Positions 60,523 through 64,000 of a DNA stretch of 64,000 nt are shown one piece after another. A model generated the notes under the pieces. That model was not told where the DNA came from, made no database searches, and saw only the letters and a list, made by a program, of their open reading frames with translations. Position 1 is the first letter of the stretch; each line of letters starts with the position of its first letter. This DNA comes from Marsupella aquatica (Eukaryota > Plantae > Marchantiophyta), in contig OZ316892.1 in NCBI GenBank assembly GCA_973895155.1, positions 20,771,619-20,835,618 on the forward strand, written 5' to 3'. A program made the translations under genes and the position numbers.

Positions 60523-63178
60523 ATACTTATGTATACTAAAAACTGTTAATTTGAGTCTATGTAGTGGAAAAGATGTCCAGGTGGGCAAGGGATGCTTACG
60601 TGTACTAAAAACAGTTTACATTTGAGTCTTGAGGTATATATTGAATCTGAATGGTAGTGGTCAATGAATGATACCAAGAATCTTGACTAATTAATTAGTT
60701 TTAAACAAATGCAAAAACCAAAGACACAAAAGACAAAGGGGAGAAGACAAAGTACAAAAGAAGGAATTAAAGAGAACAGAACGAAAACGACATACGCAAA
60801 AGAAGAAAAAAAAAGAACTTAGGTGACGTATAGAATAGGGGACAATATCCACATGTATGGCTTTTATGTCCAATCAGGATGAAAAGAAAAATATTTTAAA
60901 TCGAATGGTTAGGGTTGAATCCTGCCAGTTATGCTTTTGAAAGCAGACAAGGCAAGATCTTTTATTATATTCTCTGAATATAATGATCACACCTTGCACT
61001 CTCACTTTCCGTTATGCTCGCACTTCGAGTCACTTTTTAGATGCTTCATTCTAGACCATAGCCCAAGGAGTAGCTTTTATTGCGTAATAGGAATTAAATT
61101 TATTGGTATATTTAGATATATAAAGAATAATTGGTAATATAATATCGCAATAAGAATTTTTACATATCATATATATTTATTGTTCAAGGAAGCATAATTA
61201 ATTATATACATATATATATTATGTTATATTTAATTATTTTTTGGGGGGGGGGGGGGGGGGGGGGAGAGAGGGGGCAAAGCTCACCCTAGAGGAGCATATT
61301 CAAAACCTGCTACCACTGTTCCACATTGTCAAGAAGTGACAATGATCGCAAAGGCAAGAGACCCTAACACATTGAAAAACACAAGAGAAAAGCCATAAAA
61401 AACTTTAGAAATATCTCAGGATTTTACACAAAAACATTTTACAGGTCAATGGTTGTTCTTAATTGATGTTTTCAAGTCATTCCACTAGTATGGAGATGAA
61501 GTAAATAAATGATTAAATTTTAAATGCAAGTGGATGGAACTTGTGAAAATCAAAAATTAAATAATCTAAAGGGGCTGTTTGCTACTAATTTCAGAGGGAA
61601 GAGCAAGTCCTCTTAAATTGAAATAATAAAATTTTAATTTTATTGAAATAAAAATTGAATCATCATTGAAGACATTGGGCATTCTGAGCAGTTCAGATTG
61701 CTACCCCCATACATAGTAATTATGTTAAAAAATGCGGCTGTGCATAATAAACCTACAAAGCTTTTTAAACCAATAGTAAGTTACTTTGTACATATTGTCT
61801 TCTTATTGGACTCAATTTCATATGTGAACGTTGTTTTACAATTTATGGTCTTCAAGGATGTCACCCTGTAACGGGGTGCCTTGTCATCCGAAAGATTTAC
61901 GTAGCCCGGCATTATGTAATGTTTATGCGGGTGTTTATGTTGTACCTTACAAGGTAACTTTAGGTTGTACAAGATGACGTAGAATCCTAATACCCCATCT
62001 AGAATGAAGAACAAAATTCATTTTGGATGTCTCAATTTAAGGTTCCCATGAGGTTGCAACACTGACATACGTTGTATTGTAGATTGTAATTAGTGTCTTA
62101 TTACACATTTTCAACTAACCATGCTAGTGATGTCAAAAATGACACAACTCCCAGTCCTTAAATCTCAGAGAGAAAACCGATATTCACACATTCTACATTT
62201 TCAAAGAAGGTATGCTCTATTTGCACAATAGCTAACATGTTTCAGGGAGTTTGTGCCATTTTTCGGAAGTAGTGATGGGAAGGTGGATAATTAGAATTTT
62301 TGACCAGTGAGTGTGTCCATACCACTAGTATTGTAGCGATTGATTGGGACACGGTGAACAGTTACTTTGATTGCCTGGATGGATTTTCTCCTAGCATATT
62401 AGTTTCAGCACAGTGACACTTTAACACGGGACTGGATATTGTAAAGAACACCTCAAGTCATCAGATGTTCTGCAAAATGCAACGTTTGCCACAATTTAGA
62501 AGTTCCAAGAGTAGTACTTTACCATGGCCCATAAGATGTTTCCACCCAGTTTACTACATTTCTGACAACTTTAAAATTGATACAAAAGCATCCAACAACT
62601 TAGCTTATGTCTTGTGGTCAATAGTATTTCTCCACTTGCAGTTTGACTATAAACCTGGCATTTCTTGGTTTTTAGTTGACCCTCCTTGATTGGGTCTTTT
62701 GCCTGAGGGATCATGTCTCCCGGTTGGACACCCTTTGAAAAAATAGAGTGCAACTATATTGTAAAGTATGTCTAACAACCATGCTTGGAAAATAACTGCC
62801 CCTTATAAGATGCTCAATAACGTCTTATTAATTGGCGCCATTAATAATATCCCTTTATTTATGGCGTGTTAGATTAGATGACGTACACACACACACAACG
62901 TAAAACTGATCCTGAAACGAAGTTAAAAGCTGGAAAACATAGTTGAAACTGTTATATGGTGAATCCATCTTTCAGATTTTGTCTTATTCAGAGTTTTCAT
63001 GTCATATATTTTTATTTCAATATGCCTTATCAAGGGGCAGCCTGTGTATCATATACATTTTTAATTAATTTATGGACCCCTCTAATTTTTAGTATCTAAA
63101 GTATTTTGAACTTATTTTGGCAGCCCCCTTATCAATTTTAATGTTTGTGATTTATTAGGGATGAAATGAAAGGCTCCC

Positions 63179-63597
63179 CCACTTGAACATTCTCATGAAT
63201 GACAACCACTTGAACATTCTCATGAATGACAAAAATGATTCTGATTGTGTGTTTAAGTTCCTCTCATGTCTTTCTTTCCTAAGTTTATGATTTTTATTGA
63301 AATGAGTCTCATTCATGAGGACATTGAATTAAGTGCACACATTGTAGTATCCTTGATTGTACTTTTCATTGGTCACTGTGCACCAATCATTTTAGTTATG
63401 TTTTCATATTTTATTTACTTTCAAATCACTACAAGACAAAAACTCAAACATGTTCCGAGATGAGCATGCTATATTGTGAGACTATCAAGAGTGAGATGCT
63501 GAAGATATTATTTTTAGATTCAATATTAGATAACATAGTTGTGGGACTATCAGGAGTGAGATGCTGAAGATATTATTTTTAGATTCAATATTAGATT
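63179..63597. repeat. Two short tandem duplications (27 bp and ~66 bp)
   Basis: ccacttgaacattctcatgaatgacaa x2 at ~63179-63232. actatca.gagtgagatgctgaagatattatttttagattcaatattagat x2 at ~63481-63597. Confidence 0.85.
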
Positions 63598-64000
63598 GTG
63601 CGATGCTAATGGACTACATATCTCCTTATTTTAAATATACCGTACGTTAGTTGAAAAAGTAGGGTTATTTTGAGTGTTTTTATAAAATATATTTTCTGCT
63701 GTAATTGTGTTGGTAAGTTGCCAAACATAAGGACATGCTACTATGCTAGTGTGAGATGAATGTTGTACTGTAGTGTCATGCAAATATTTATGGGATTCAG
63801 CAACTAATGTCAACTGTTTGGGAAACTGCTTACCGTAGTACGAACAACTTTGTGATACTGTGCCAATCATTTGAGAGTACGGAATATCCTAGTGATGCAA
63901 TAGGCTAAGGACGGATTTAGTTAATTTACTCATGAATATTAGCATTCTCATCACAACCCTCGAAGGGGTATTGGTGTAAACTTAAAGCACCTCGTCATTT

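Noticed and set aside
61243-61264. 22-nt poly-G run as a functional G-quadruplex
   Set aside because: Simple homopolymer whose length is prone to sequencing error; no supporting context.

Overview
Repeat-rich nuclear DNA of a land plant; a non-seed plant such as a liverwort is suspected but cannot be proven from sequence alone. Only two clearly intact non-transposon genes are present. One is a 4-exon NRT1/PTR (NPF8/PTR2-like) transporter (9651-12840, -). The other is an intronless, GC-richer 654-aa gene (56875-58839, -) with a TATA box and motifs resembling class I terpenoid synthases (Asp-rich segment, NSE/DTE-like HDLLFD, WxxxxxRY) plus a Cys-rich C-terminal part. It is the best candidate for something new: possibly a microbially derived, uncharacterised enzyme family. 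The rest is mostly decayed mobile DNA: three Ty1/copia elements with three different primer-binding-site types (one looks fungal), a PIF/Harbinger with two extra small ORFs, an orphan 569-aa coiled-coil ORF, an RPA1-like OB-fold pseudogene, an L-type lectin receptor kinase pseudogene, LINE fragments, non-autonomous Helitron-like copies, fold-backs and many tandem repeats. All family assignments come from motif recognition, not database searches.
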